From Malacoraja senta (lineage: Eukaryota), in NCBI GenBank assembly GCA_038087875.1, contig CM075988.1:26476001-26540000 (forward strand): a stretch of DNA of 64,000 nt, given 5' to 3'. Positions within the stretch are counted from its first letter, which is position 1. Every line of letters begins with the position of its first letter. Below the pieces are notes generated by a model. It did not search any database. It saw only the letters and a program-made list of their open reading frames with translations, and was not told the DNA's origin. Below, one piece after another: positions 37,798 through 51,500 of the stretch. A program made the translations under genes and the position numbers.

Positions 37798-40450
37798 TAA
37801 TCCACTGAGATCTCCACCATTACCGAGGTGAAGGTGACAGGACACACAGGAGCATAATGGAATAGTCTCTGTATGCCTGGACAAGTGAGGTGTAAATAAC
37901 GGTCACACTGGTCATCCACAACAACGCAGCTCCCCTACTTAGCCTCCCATTCACCACCATAGCCCCTCGATCTCTCCTCCCCCTGACTGCACAATATATA
38001 CAAGTTATGTACGGTGTATATAAATGCTTGGATTACTTTACTAATATATACAATTATTTATTGTTGCTTCTTTTCTCTAATGACAACCCTTTACTTAAGC
38101 TTAGCGTCAATAATTATAATCGTTAGTTACAACGGCCTTGTCTGCCATTTGTCAGTTTGTGGTTTACTTGACGCCTGTACCCAACATCGACAGGTTCCTG
38201 AGGAAAGAATGGCAGCAGGAGGTGTGATTGAATAGCTGTTTCAAAGCACTGATGCAGAATCACTGGGCCAACAAGCCTTCCTGTCAGCCATGACACTCAA
38301 CGGTTCAAGTAATCGGTGTGGTCAGAGTTGTCACAGTTCTCACAAAGTTAAAGAGAAACAACAGCCAGCTCTATGTATCACAGCCTGACCCTCAAATCAC
38401 ATCCTGTCTCTGGAGAAAACAAATAGATTTGGTGGTGGAAAGGTGAAGTCTGCATGTGTTACAAATACTGCTATGTTGGCAATTATCAGTCGGATTAACA
38501 GGAGAAGCAACGTTGGTTTTACAGCTCCCTTTCACATTTTACATTCCCACTTGTTTGATGAGGATACGGTGTTCCTCATGGTTAGCGATATCAGGACTCG
38601 ATTCTTCTTTGTACAAAATGACTAAGGCCAATGCTCAAAAGCAATTTCTTTACAAAAGAGACTGAATATTTTCCAGCTAGATGTTCAAGTTGCATACCAT
38701 CTACTTGTAGAAAAGACACAAAGTGTTGTAGTAACTCAGCAGGTCAAGCAGCATCCCTGGAGAACATGGATAGGTGATGTTTCTGGTTGGGACCCTTCTT
38801 CAGACTGTGTCTGAGTAACTCCAGCATTTTGTGCCTTTCCTTGGTAAACCAGCTCCTCCAGTTCCTTGTTTCTACCGTATATTTGTATATAGTTTTCCAG
38901 ATGGTAATTGCATGTGCCCAGACAGTCTATTTGTGCACTTGCCCTGCTGCTCAGCTGAGAGTAATGACACAGGTCATTCACCAAAGCCCTGCCCACTCTG
39001 CCACACTTCCAACCAGTTTCATTTGTCCATCCACCACCTATCCCGTGCCACACTGGCTCCATCAGTGAATGCAGGTTCCACACGAGTGCCCGCCTCACGA
39101 GTGTGTCACTGGTGTTGGAATTAATGGCACACGTTTCCACATTCTCTACACCAGTGGAGCAGGTCCCTGGCTGCACTTGCAGTGTGCCACTGTGCCCTCG
39201 TATTAGAAGGAATAATGTACAATGTCCGTGTGACCCACTGGTGGTGTGTATGTAGCGGCCACTGCAGTGTGAATCTTCCAGCACTCACCAGCAGGACCTT
39301 CTTCATGTTCAATTGCTCATTACCACTAACTCAATACAGGAGATTCTTTGTTTCTTTCTGAGTTGATTGGAATCTCTTGGAAGATGCTCACAATGTTCAA
39401 GATGCATTTTACAGGTAGACTTTGCTTTTAAACGAAGAGAAAATTTTCTTTTTAGATTGGAAACTTTCATTTTATTGAATTTCTTTTGCATAATTAATGA
39501 AAGTTCAAACATTCCTATGTGGGTGTCATTTGTATTCCAATGCAGGCAGGCGGAGTATGATGACATGATGCTACTGGACAGTCAGAGGGTGGTGCAACAG
39601 TTTGTGCTTCATGTTTCCCCTCAGGTGCTGTCTCTGGGAATTAGCTCATTCCCCCGGTGTGGACACCGTGCCACAGTGGCACCTGGATTCTCTAGAATCG
39701 TAGACTTGTTCAGCACAGAACAACGCATGCATACTGAGTAGCGTGGCTTCCCGAGCTCATCCTATTTGCCTTTGGCTGGTATCCCCCAAAAACTCCCCTG
39801 TCCATGTATCTGTCCAAATGACGTTTAGACATTGTCTCCACCACCTCCTCTGGTAACTCATTCCATATGCCCACCACACTCAGTTGGAAAACCTGTCTCT
39901 CGGTCCCCTTTAAATCTGGGTGCCTCCAAATCTTTCCAAGCTTTAGAGATGTCCAGTTTCATCCTACATGGCAAAGATATGATGGTAGGTTAAGGGTTTC
40001 ACTGTACCCTATCCCTTAGTAATATGGCGGAATAGATTGATGGGCCAATGTGAGCCAATATGTTGCAGGAGTTTGGGAAATAAGGGGGAGGAGATGATGG
40101 TACTGATGACATTGGTCAGATGGGCCGAATGGACTCCTATATTATAATATATAAGCAATTGAATACAAAGGACAACTGTTGGTTGTGAAGGTTTTCAGCA
40201 GGTCAGTCAGCATCTGTGGAAGGGGAAATAGAGTTAATGATTCAGGCCAGAAAGACTCCTGGGTGCCATTGAGCTGGGAACTCGGTGCCCTCCACTGTAG
40301 AGCTGCTCCCCACAGGGTGACGGTCAGGCCGGAGAGAGCAGTGCGAGTGGGCTAGACCGGTGCTGGGGACGGGCACCTCCCTGCGCTGACAGTCCACCTC
40401 CCACATCACGTCTCCTGTCCCCTTGGCTGTATACCCTCCCCACCAACCCA

Positions 40451-41772
40451 GTGGGGGAGGGGAGTCACAGTGGGGGGCAGTGGGAGAGGGGGGTCGCAGT
40501 GGGGAGCAGTGAGGGAGGGGAGTCACAGTGGGGGGCAGTGGGGGAGGGGGGTCACAGTAGGGGACAGTGGGAGAGGGGGGTCGCAGTGGGGGGCAGTGGG
40601 AGAGGGGCGTCGCAGTGGGGGACGGGAGTCACAGTGGGGGGCAGTGGGGGAGGGGGGTCGCAGTGGGGAGCAGTGGGAGAGGGGCGTCGCAGTGGGGGAC
40701 GGGAGTCACAGTGGGGGGCAGTGGGGGAGGGGGTCACAGTGGGGGCAGTGGGAGAGGGGCGTCGCAGTGGGGGGGCAGTGGGAGAGGGGGGGTCACAGTG
40801 GGGGGCAGTGGGGGAGGGGGGGTCGCAGTGGGTCACTGTGGGGGGCAGTGGGGGAGGGGGGGTCACAGTGGGGGAGGGGGTCACAGTGGGGGGCAGTGGG
40901 GATCAGTGGGGGAGGGGATCACAGTGGGGGGCAGTGGGAGAGGGGGGGTCACAGTGGGGGAGGGGGGTCACTGTGGGGGGCAGTGGGGGAGGGGGGGTCA
41001 CAGTGGGGGAGGGGGTCACAGTGGGGGGCAGTGGGGGAGGGGGGGTCACAGTGGGGGAGGGGGGGTCACTGTGGGGGGCAGTGGGGGAGGGGGGGTCACA
41101 GTGGGGGAGGGGGTCACAGTGGGGGGCAGTGGGGGAGGGGGGGTCACAGTGGGGGAGGGGGGGTCACTGTGGGGGGCAGTGGGGGAGGGGGGGTCACAGT
41201 GGGGGAGGGGGTCACAGTGGGGGGCAGTGGGGGAGGGGGGGTCACAGTGGGGGAGGGGGGGTCACTGTGGGGGGCAGTGGGGATCAGTGGGGGAGGGGAT
41301 CACAGTGGGGGGCAGTGGGAGAGGGGGGGTCACAGTGGGGGAGGGGGGGTCACTGTGGGGGGCAGTGGGGGAGGGGGGGTCACAGTGGGGGAGGGGGGTC
41401 ACTGTGGGGGGCAGTGGGGGAGGGGGGGTCACAGTGGGGGAGGGGGTCACAGTGGGGGCAGTGGGGGAGGGGGGGTCACAGTGGGGGAGGGGGGGTCACT
41501 GTGGGGGGCAGTGGGGGAGGGGGGTCACAGTGGGGGAGGGGGTCACAGTGGGGGGCAGTGGGGGAGGGGGGGTCACAGTGGGGGAGGGGGGTCACTGTGG
41601 GGGGCAGTGGGGATCAGTGGGGGAGGGGATCACAGTGGGGGGCAGTGGGAGAGGGGGGGTCACAGTGGGGGAGGGGGGGTCACTGTGGGGGGCAGTGGGG
41701 GAGGGGGGGACAGTGGGGGAGGGGGTCACAGTGGGGGGCAGTGGGGGAGGGGGTTGTTCACAGTGGGGGGCG
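40451..41772. repeat. G-rich minisatellite (CAGTGGGGGAGGGGGGGTCA-type units)
   Basis: ~1.3 kb of short degenerate units, strong G skew on + strand. Confidence 0.95.
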
Positions 41773-42376
41773 AGGTTTGTGACAGTTTCCCAATGTACAA
41801 TGTTGCTCATGTCCACCACCCATTGTCCACCACCCTTGGTTCCACAGCCTTGTCTCATTATCCGTTTAGCCGGACCACCAGAGGTCACGACCTTGGGGGG
41901 GGGGGGGGGGGACTGAGATACGGGCCCACAAAGCCGGCCTCGGAAGTTGGGTGTGGGAACGGATCTACCGGCTCCAGACGGGCCAGAGTTTCAGAGCCCC
42001 GGCCGCAGGGGGTCAAATTCAACCCACCGATTGACTCAGATGTTCCTAAGTTATAGGAACAGAACTAGGCCATTCAGCCCATCAGGTCTACTCTGCCATT
42101 CTATCATGGCTGATCTATTTTTCCATCAATCCCATTCTCGTGCCTTCTCCCCATAACCCCTGACACCCTCACCTATCCTGGGCACCGCATTTTAGGGGGG
42201 AAATTCCGTGGGGCGATTATATCCGGATTACAGGGGGGTCTGGACCACCAGTTGCCAGAAGATCAGTGGTGGACCTGTATCAACATACAGCCTGAGCAGA
42301 TGTCTAGTGTAATGTACAGGAAGGTACTTTCCTGCGATTGTTCAGACTGAAGAACTAGAAGCCTTGTAATGAATCT

Positions 42377-42514
42377 TCACTCTGCTGGGCAGTGCTGAGA
42401 CAATTCACTATAAACAGTAGGTTGATCGCAAGTCTGTATTATGTTGCATCTTTGCACAGTGGAGCATACAAAGTCCTGATCGATTGTCTGTATTGTGGAG
42501 TATGTGATGTCATC
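42377..42514 (-). CDS. Ig receptor terminal exon with ITIM and ITSM
   Basis: Long polypyrimidine tract + cag; [45 protein letters not shown]. Confidence 0.75.
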   Translation of the reverse strand, partial: DDITYSTIQTIDQDFVCSTVQRCNIIQTCDQPTVYSELSQHCPAE

Positions 42515-45500
42515 CTGAGGTGCAAGGTGAAAGAAAAAAGAAATGAAATTTGAATCGATTGAAATACAATAACTTGCTATTAACCTGTAGGATAGTGCAT
42601 GTCCTAATTATGTATGCATCCATTTTCCCAGTCAGAGTACATGACACCACACTGACACAGTTACATGCCTAGCCAAGATCAGGCTACTCTGCAAATCTGG
42701 GGCCCAGTTATAGAAACATAGAAACATAGAAACATAGAAATTAGGTGCAGGAGTAGGCCATTCGGCCCTTCGAGCCTGCACCGCCATTCAATATGATCAT
42801 GGCTGATCATCCAACTCAGTATCCCGTACCTGCCTTCTCTCCATACCCTCTGATCCCTTTAGCCACAAGGGCCACATCTAACTCCCTCTTAAATATAGCC
42901 AATGAACTGGTCTCGACTACTCTCTGTGGCAGAGAGTTCCAGAGATTCACCACTCTGTGTGAAAAAAGTTCTTCTCATCTCGCTTTTAAAGGATTTCCCC
43001 CTTATCCTTAAGCTGTGACCCCTTGTCCTAGACTTCCCCAACATCGGGAGCAATCTTCCTGCATCTAGCCTGTCCAACCCCTTAAGAATTTTATCCCCTT
43101 ATCATACTGAGCAGTGAAATCATAAATCTTAAAATAATCTTTTAAAAAGCATCTTAAAATGTTACACATTTATTTTTCCTGGAGCTAATTTTGGTGGAAA
43201 TAACACTGTCGCTATAAAAGCTATACGTCCCCAAAGCTAGTTCCAACTGAAATAACACTGACTCGGGATTCAGAAACATTAAGATTCCCAAGATCTGGAA
43301 TGCTGCTCCTTCAGTTTATTATTAAATTTCACCCCTTCAATTACGGCTCAGTTACACATTGGGCTGAGGTTAATGTGATGGAAAATATATACTCAGTTTC
43401 AGTTTAATTTTGTCCCATTGTTGAACTGTCTGACCCCAGCTGCAATGCCCATTGGACTGCAGGATCCTGAAGTGAAAAGGGAAAGTCCTGGCCAAAAATG
43501 GACACAGAGTGCTGGAGTAACTCAGTGGGTCAGTCAGCATCTGTGGAGAACATGGATAGGTGACGTTTCATAGAGGGCTGGAGTAACTCAGCGGGTCAGG
43601 CAGCATCTCTGGAGAACGTGGATAGGGGACATTTCGGGTCGGGACTCTTCTTCAGACTGACCATATATTGTCAGAAGGAGTGTTTTATTGTCATATGTCT
43701 CAGATAAAACAATAAAATTCTTACTTGCACCAGCACAACAGAATATGTAAACATAGCACACTGTAAACAATATAATAAACAAGAAAAAAATTCAGTGTGT
43801 GTATACAGTTATATACACATACACACATATACATACATATATATACATACATACACACACACATATATATATGTATATATATACATATATATATATATAT
43901 ACACGCACACATGTACACATAAAAAACAAACAATAATAGTGCAAAAAGACAAACCCAGATGGACCTCCAGTGATTACTAGGGATGCCGGTGTAGTCATGT
44001 GTAGACCAACACCATGTCCCCACAACTAAATAACTTGGCGACATTCACAGATTATGTTGGAATTGTGCCAATTTCACCACGACTCTGGACATGCAAGACC
44101 ATGGTCAAGATAACTCAACTATTCTGGTGCAGATTAAGTATGTTACTAATTCCTGGCAGTTTGTGCCTAACTCTGGCACCCTGTAAAACACCCACTACCA
44201 CATGCACAGAGACTGCAATCAGTCTTCAATACTAACTGGTAACTGGTAACCTCACTACTGAAACCGTTTCCAGCATGTGTTTGTCAGTAAAATGGACTTA
44301 CTTGTGATTCCACAGGTTGTACTGGAGCATTCACTACTGCCCTAGAAAAGCAATGTAAAGGTCAGTGATGATTACTGAGCCATATCATTTCTATATGAAT
44401 TGTTTCCACAACATCTACTTATTTTACTGCACAGTGGCGCAGGTGGTAGAGCTGTCTGTGTGGAGTTTGCACGTTCTCCCTGTGTCGGCGTGGGTTTCCT
44501 CCAGGTGCACCGGTTTCCTCTCACACCCCAAAGACGTGCAGGTTTGTAGGTTATTAGACCTCTGTAAATTGTCCCTAGTGTGTGAGGTGTGGATTGCTGG
44601 CTGGTACCAATGGCAGTGGCCAATCTAGCACGATCTGTTTTGCTACCGTGTTCTTCATCGCCCCTCCCCTGAGGTAGGGCCCCAATCCCAGTCACTATTC
44701 TGACAAATTACACTTCCAACCTCTGCAGATTAATGTTGGTGTCTTCAGGGGGACGTTTTTGCAATGGCACCATGTTATTGATATATTTTATCTAGCCTTC
44801 TCACTTATCAAGAAACCCGATTAGATCAAGTGATGAGTTGGATTTACATCACACCCAGTTTCATTCTCTCCATTGACGTCAATAACAAATGATTTCTAGC
44901 ATATTGGAAAACGAATGTTCCACCCAATCCTGTGGGTTTCCTGTTCACTCAGTTATTAAAGCTCCTTTTGATCTCCTGCTGTGGGGTGATGAAGCAAATC
45001 GAAGTGTCAGAAAGGATCTGGTGGCGTTCGTAAATCTGCCCAGGTCCTCTCACACACATCCTTTCTTTCCACTCCACCCCCTCTCACCCCCACCCCTGCA
45101 CTCACACCCAGTTTCCTTCCCCTCCTCAACCTCCTCCTTCTGGCTCGAAGGGCCGAATGAACTACTCCTGCACCTATTTTTCTATGTTTCTAACCAGGTA
45201 GCCTGGTCCGGCCTGCCTCCAAGACCCAGGCCACTGAAAAGGTCCATGCCCTCTCACAGCTCTCTGCAATCAAAGGCCTTCAACCGTTATAATTGCCACT
45301 GATGGTCAAAGAATTCAAAACTATTAAAATACATTTAAACAATTTTTTTTAAAGAAAATACATAACTAAAAACACAAAATATAAACAAGTGAGACAGTTC
45401 AATCACTTATGAACAGTAACTTTCTTTTGAAGACTTTCTACTTGCCATGCCCTTGGCTAAGCTCTGGGTGAGATGCAGAGTTCTTTGTCCCACTCCGCAG

Positions 45501-48500
45501 CAGGTCAGTGCTCCAGCACTCTGCCTAGTGGTAGGTCTGACAACAGATGGGGAGGTCAGGCATCGACCCACTAGGTTGCCCAGGAGTTCCACAAATGGTT
45601 CAGCGTGCACTTAGAACCATTGTACAGAACCATTGTCTCTTGGACAATTCCATTCAATTTAAAAAAACATGTATGTGCAAATATCATTAACTTTGTGTTT
45701 GAAGTCTATCAGTAAAATACTTCATCTTTTTGAGTTTAGTTTATTGTCACGTGAACCCAGGTACAGTGAAAAGCTTGTTTCCATAAACTATCATACAATT
45801 CATGTTATTATCAAGAGGGAGAACCCTCAGTTAATTTCTCCATTTCTTATGAAAAAGCAGCTCTTTTCCCAAAGACTAAAATGTTTTAAAAATAACTATT
45901 TCCGATGACTGTTAACAAGGTGTTCTTGATACACAAAATCTTTAGCTATGTGCAGAAACCATTCAAATAGAAAGCATAATTGAATAATAATATTAAGCAT
46001 TATGAATGTGATATCTGAAGTTTACCTGTGTGGGAACGTGGCTTTCACTTTGAGTATCAAACATGTAAGTAAAATGGTAACGAGCAGGACCAGTCCTGTG
46101 ACCCCCAAACCAATTCCAACGGCCATCTTGTGAAAGGATGCATCACTGTCATTTGACAAATCTGCAATGTGACAAAAGTGACAACATATGTACAGGTTTT
46201 TAACATCCATCAATATAGCAAGATTCTGCTGCATTCATTTCAAAAGGTAATTTTTTCTGACACTTTTTATCCTCCTCACAGGACCACCGTCTACATTCTG
46301 CATCTTCCTCTGACCCTAGGCTGCTCTGATGTGCACTTTGATCCCACTGACCTGTGAGTAGGTAGGCTAATTGGCTTCTGTAAAATGCCCCTGACTCAGG
46401 TGCGTGGATGTGCTAGCATCAATGGGAAAGTTGGGGAAGGAAATGGGATTTGTGTAAATGGGAGCTTGTTGGCATCTACTCGAAGGGCCAAAGGGCCTGC
46501 TTCCTTACTGTATGACTACGAGATTCTTTTCTGTTCATGTGTGGCCTGCTGGCAAAGTTGGCACTGATAGTCCATCCCCTCTTCCCTTTGTTACTACTTA
46601 AACTTTCAGACAGTTTATTCCACATCCTTATCACATGTGTTGCCTCTGGTTGTTTTGACATAAGTTATCTGGTCATCACAACATCATTATCTATGCAACC
46701 TTACCTTGAATTGGAAACCATGCTTCCTGCAAAACATTTCTTACACTTCTAATATACATCAGTGGCTGTACAGCACTGAGATGTACTGACGATGTGAGTA
46801 GGCTGATTATGTACAAGCCCCTCTACCTTGCTTTCTCCCCCAGTCCTGCACCATGGGCATGTTGCAGCCCACGCCTCCTTACCCAGACTCACGGAGCTGT
46901 TCCTTGGAGCCGCTGTGCTGTTCCAATCATCCATCCTTTGTTCTTTACCTGAGAATAGCCAAAGTAGTTTATTGTGATGTGTACCGTAGTAAAGTGAAAC
47001 GTTGTTGTTGTTGCTATGCAGTCAGCAGAAAGACAATTCATGATTTGTAGTAATAAGAAATAACAAATGATACAGAGAGCATCTGTAAACTAGTTGGTAA
47101 ACTACATGGGGATGTTTATTCAGAACCATTCTGAAGCTGTATTCTGATAGATCCAGTGTGGTTTATCAGTACAAACTATCAACTCTGAACTGGATGGTGC
47201 AACCAACGCCCATTGGATCAAGTTCCCGTTCTCCCTGAAGATCACAGCAGACACTCGACACTCTCTCCTTTGCTGTGGCTTCACTTCCCTTCCTTTTACA
47301 ATCCACACGGTGACTTCCTGATTTATTTGCTGGCATCTTTCCTGAGAGAGCCAAGATTGTGATTGTAGTCTACTGAGCTAAGGAGCATCACAGCTCATTA
47401 TCTTACACCTTCCCACTAAAGAAGGGATCAGATTGGAAAGAGCTGCTTGAGCCAATTTCTCCTCCCTAGTTTAATAGTTAATCAACACATTATTTAGCTT
47501 AGTTTATTTGCCATGTGTTTCAAGTGAAAAGCTTTCAAATATAAATATCACCAAGCTAAGTTTAACTAGGTCAAAGCAGTTTGCAGCAAATGTCTGATGT
47601 TAAATAATTTGGTGTTTGCTTGGCTGGATCAGTATTTAACACATCCATAATTACACTTCTGGAAGTGGTGGTGAAGCTTTCTTTGAACTACTAGAGTGTA
47701 CAAGGTACTCCTGCAGTAGGCAAGAAATCCAAGATCTTAAATCAGCAGAATGGATTCCTAGTGTGAATAATTAATAAATAGGTCACAGTGTACAAAGAAG
47801 GAATTTTGCAGATGTTGATTTACAACAAAAAGACAAAGTGCTGGAGTAACTCAGCGGGTCAGGCAGCATCTCTGGAGAACATGGATAGGTGACGTTTCAC
47901 AGAGTGCTGGAGTAACTCAGCGGGTCAGGCAGCATCTCTGGAGAACATGGATAGGTGACGTTTCACAGAGTGCTGGAGTAACTCAGTGGGTCAGGCAGCA
48001 TCTCTGGAGAACATGGATAGGTGACGTTTCGAGTTGGGGCCCATATTCAGAAGAATGCTCTTGACCTGATTCATCACCTATCCATGTTCTCCAGAGATGC
48101 TGCCTGACCCGCTGAGTTACTCCAGCATTTTGTGTCTTTTTTCAGTAGGACATAGGTTACATTCATATTTATACTTTTCATATTTCATATTATATTTTCT
48201 CATGACATGAGAGATCATTCAGCCCATCTAGCCTAGATTAATCCCATCAATCCCACTTATTTCCTTGCAATCGATACATGCAATCATGTCCATCCCCCTC
48301 CCCTACTCCTGTTACACACCCACTGACCCACGTGGGATGTGGCTGGAGCTGAGCTCATGGACAGTTGTGCGGTCACAGGGAGACCGTGCAAACTCCAGAC
48401 ACACCATCGTAAATCAGGGTTGAACCTGGATCACTGGACTGACATACTCTGCTATCCATCTTACTCTGTTGCTCAATGTGCATGGCATGGGGGTGCAGCG

Positions 48501-51500
48501 GTAGAGCTGCTGCCTCACAGCACCAGAGACCTGGGTTTGATCCTGACTACGGGTAAAGTTTGTTGGGAGTTTGTACCTTCTCCCCCCGTGACCTGCATGG
48601 GTTTTCTCCGGGTGCTCCAGTTTCCTCCCACACTCCAAACACGTGCAGGTTTGCAGGTTAATTGGCTTTGGTAAAATTGTAAATCGACCCTAGTGTGTAG
48701 GGTGGTGCTAGTGTACGGGGATCACTGGTTGGCACGGAATCGGTGGGGTGAAGGGCCTGTTTCTGCGCTGTATCTCTAAACTAAAACTAATTCCATTCTC
48801 CATGAAACACACATTAACACACAAAGACCTACCTTGAACAGTTAAGCTCCAAGTCTCTTGCTGAATTATGCCTTGTTCCTTCACCTTGCAGTAGTAGATT
48901 CCACTGTCATCTTCATCCAGGGACTCGATATACAGAGAAGCGTCTCCCTGACTCCCATTGCCAGAGGCAAATGAGATTTTCTCACTCATATAAAATTTAT
49001 AAACCTTTCCTCCAGAAAGTGTCATTATCTGTCAGAGGTTATGGGAGGAAGGCAGGAGAATGGGGTTAGGAGTGAGAGATAGATCAGGCACGATTGACTT
49101 GATGAGCCGAATGTCCTAATTCTACTCCTATTCCTTGTGACCTCATAAAGTAAGAGTTGCATCTTTATGAATGCTTCATGCCCTGCCCATGTTGTTTGTC
49201 CTTCCCTGGGTTGGAAATCAAAAGCTTACAGCAAGCACAGGAGAGTTGATGGTGAATGGGACAGATGTTATTGAGAGCTATGGATGATCAGCTTCTTCAT
49301 ACATCACTCTTCACTAAGTAGTCTGATGATTTCTCTCTTCATGAGTACATTAGACACCAGGATATTCATTGTCATTATATTGTAGTTATTTTGTGAAAGC
49401 TACTTCACTCTAAAAAAAGTACAATTTTAACTAACACTGCTCTTAGGCTTCAATAACAGTTATTTTTCCAGTTATTAGCTAAGGTATAACAAAACTGCCA
49501 AGCCACCAGTTACTTTAATCTCTCCCATGCAACGTCAGAACTGTTACACATGTGTATTTCTTGCTGATGCTGAGGCTTGCTTAACGCTCAAAGCATCAAA
49601 ACTACCTCAGTACAAGATTAACCTCTTACTAAAGTGTACAAAACACTTGGGCGGCACGGTGGCGCAGCGTTAAGATTTGCTGCCTCACATCACCGGAGAC
49701 CAGGGTTCAATCCTGACTACGGGTGCTGTCTGTATAGAGTTTGTACGTTCTCCCCATGGCCACGTGGGGTTTCTCCGAGATCTTTGGTTTCCTCCCACAC
49801 CCCAAAGACGTACAGGTATGTAGGTGAATTGGCTTGGTGTATGTGTAAATTATCGCTATTGTGTGTAGGATGGTGTTAATGTGCAGGGATTGCTCAGTGG
49901 GCCGAAGGGCCTGTTTCCGCGCTGTATCTCAAAACTAAACTACTGTAAACCAAGCTCTGTGGGTTGTACAGATGTGCGTTGTACAGATGTGCGTTGGACA
50001 GATGTGCGTTGGACAGATGTGGCTTGGACAGGTGTGGGTTGGACAGATGGCCAGGCTTTCAGGTGGTGTCCTCCAGGCCTGTGGTCAAAGCAGTGTGGAC
50101 TGCACCGTGCTCCAGAATGCTGTGGGAGGAGCTGGAAGAGTTGCTGCTTCACAACTCCAGAGACCCAGGTTCAATCCCAACCCGTGTGGAATTTACACGT
50201 TCTCCCTGTGACCACATGGGTTTCCTTCAGGAGCTCTGCTTTCCTCCCACATCCCAAAGACATGTGGGTTTGTAGGTTAATTTAGCCTCTGTTTAAAAAC
50301 AAGATACCCCTATTTTGTAGGAAGTGACTGCGAGTGGGGTAGACATAGAACTAGTGTGAACAGGTGATTGATGGTTGGTTTGAACAGTGGGCCGAAGGGC
50401 CTTTTTCCATGCTGTATCTCTAATCAAAATAGATAATACCTGGTGAATGGATTCAGCTCCATTTCTCTGATACAGGAATGGTTGCACTAGAATAAAGACT
50501 TGACACTGTGTCACCACCAATGCTGCTTCCTTACATACCTTTCTTAATATGACAAAGTGATTTATCAACATTTGAAAATGGTGAAAGTTTCAGTAACTCT
50601 CAGCCGCGTGTCGTGTATATTTATTTACCACTTTATCCGATTCATTACTGATTTTACTTCTGATGGTCCACTCGATGTCCAAGTAGCCATTGGGATTGGA
50701 TCTCAGTTGGTATTTACAAGGTACGGTGACATTATCTCCAACTTGCCTCCAAATCAGCTTGCGCTTGTTTGTTTCAACTGCCACGCCTAGAGCACAACAT
50801 AAAGAACTTAGTAAACATCGAACTTGCAACAGCCTTCCTGCTGTACACTGCGGCATGTTCTGGAGTGACAGTACAGCACTATAGAGATATGCACACACAG
50901 CTATGTCCACATTCTCCAATGTCATTGTGTTTCAGTGGGGAACATGCAGAGTGTGATCAGTAGAGCCAGGATTTTGCCATAAATGCAATGTGCCTTTTCA
51001 TGCCTTTTTTGATGATTTCACCAGGATAACGCCTTTTTCACGATCGTGCCTAAATCAGCCTTTTTTTGCCGTTTTGCTGAAAGGTCATGCTATTTTCTCT
51101 TGTTGTACCGTGATTACAATGACGTTTTCTATGTTAACATTGTTAATATTAATGTTATTATTAACGTGTTATCATAGTATAACTTACAAGAAAACTTCCA
51201 CCACCAGTGCAAAACCAGGGCGCCACCGACAGTCGTTCATTCGTTCGTGCCGCTGCCCGCTGGTTCACTTTTCTCCAAGATCTATTTAAGAAAGAACTGC
51301 AGATGCTGGAAAAATCGAAGGTAGACAAAAAATGCTGGAGAAACTCAGCGGGTGAGACAGCATATATGGAGAGAAGGATTTCGGGTTGAGACCCTTCTTC
51401 AGACTGATGTGGGGGGGGGGGCGAGAAAAAAAATGGAAGAAGCGGAGTCAATAGGACTAGAAGGAGAGCTGGGAAGGGTGGGGGGAGGAGGGAGAAGACA

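Noticed and set aside
38736..39312. Cys/His-rich ORFs, a possible acceptor near 38900 (+) and a donor near 39287 (-)
   Set aside because: No recognisable domain and no phase-compatible partner exons found
40451..42056. Three overlapping 440-530 aa Gly-rich ORFs
   Set aside because: Open in all three frames only because the G-rich minisatellite lacks stop codons
43395..43470. Possible extra cytoplasmic exon on the - strand (cttttcacttcag acceptor)
   Set aside because: The phase-0 frame hits a stop after ~20 codons with no convincing donor; an alternative terminal exon cannot be excluded
49649..49720. tRNA gene
   Set aside because: The A/B boxes belong to SINE heads that continue into a shared SINE body and tail; no complete cloverleaf
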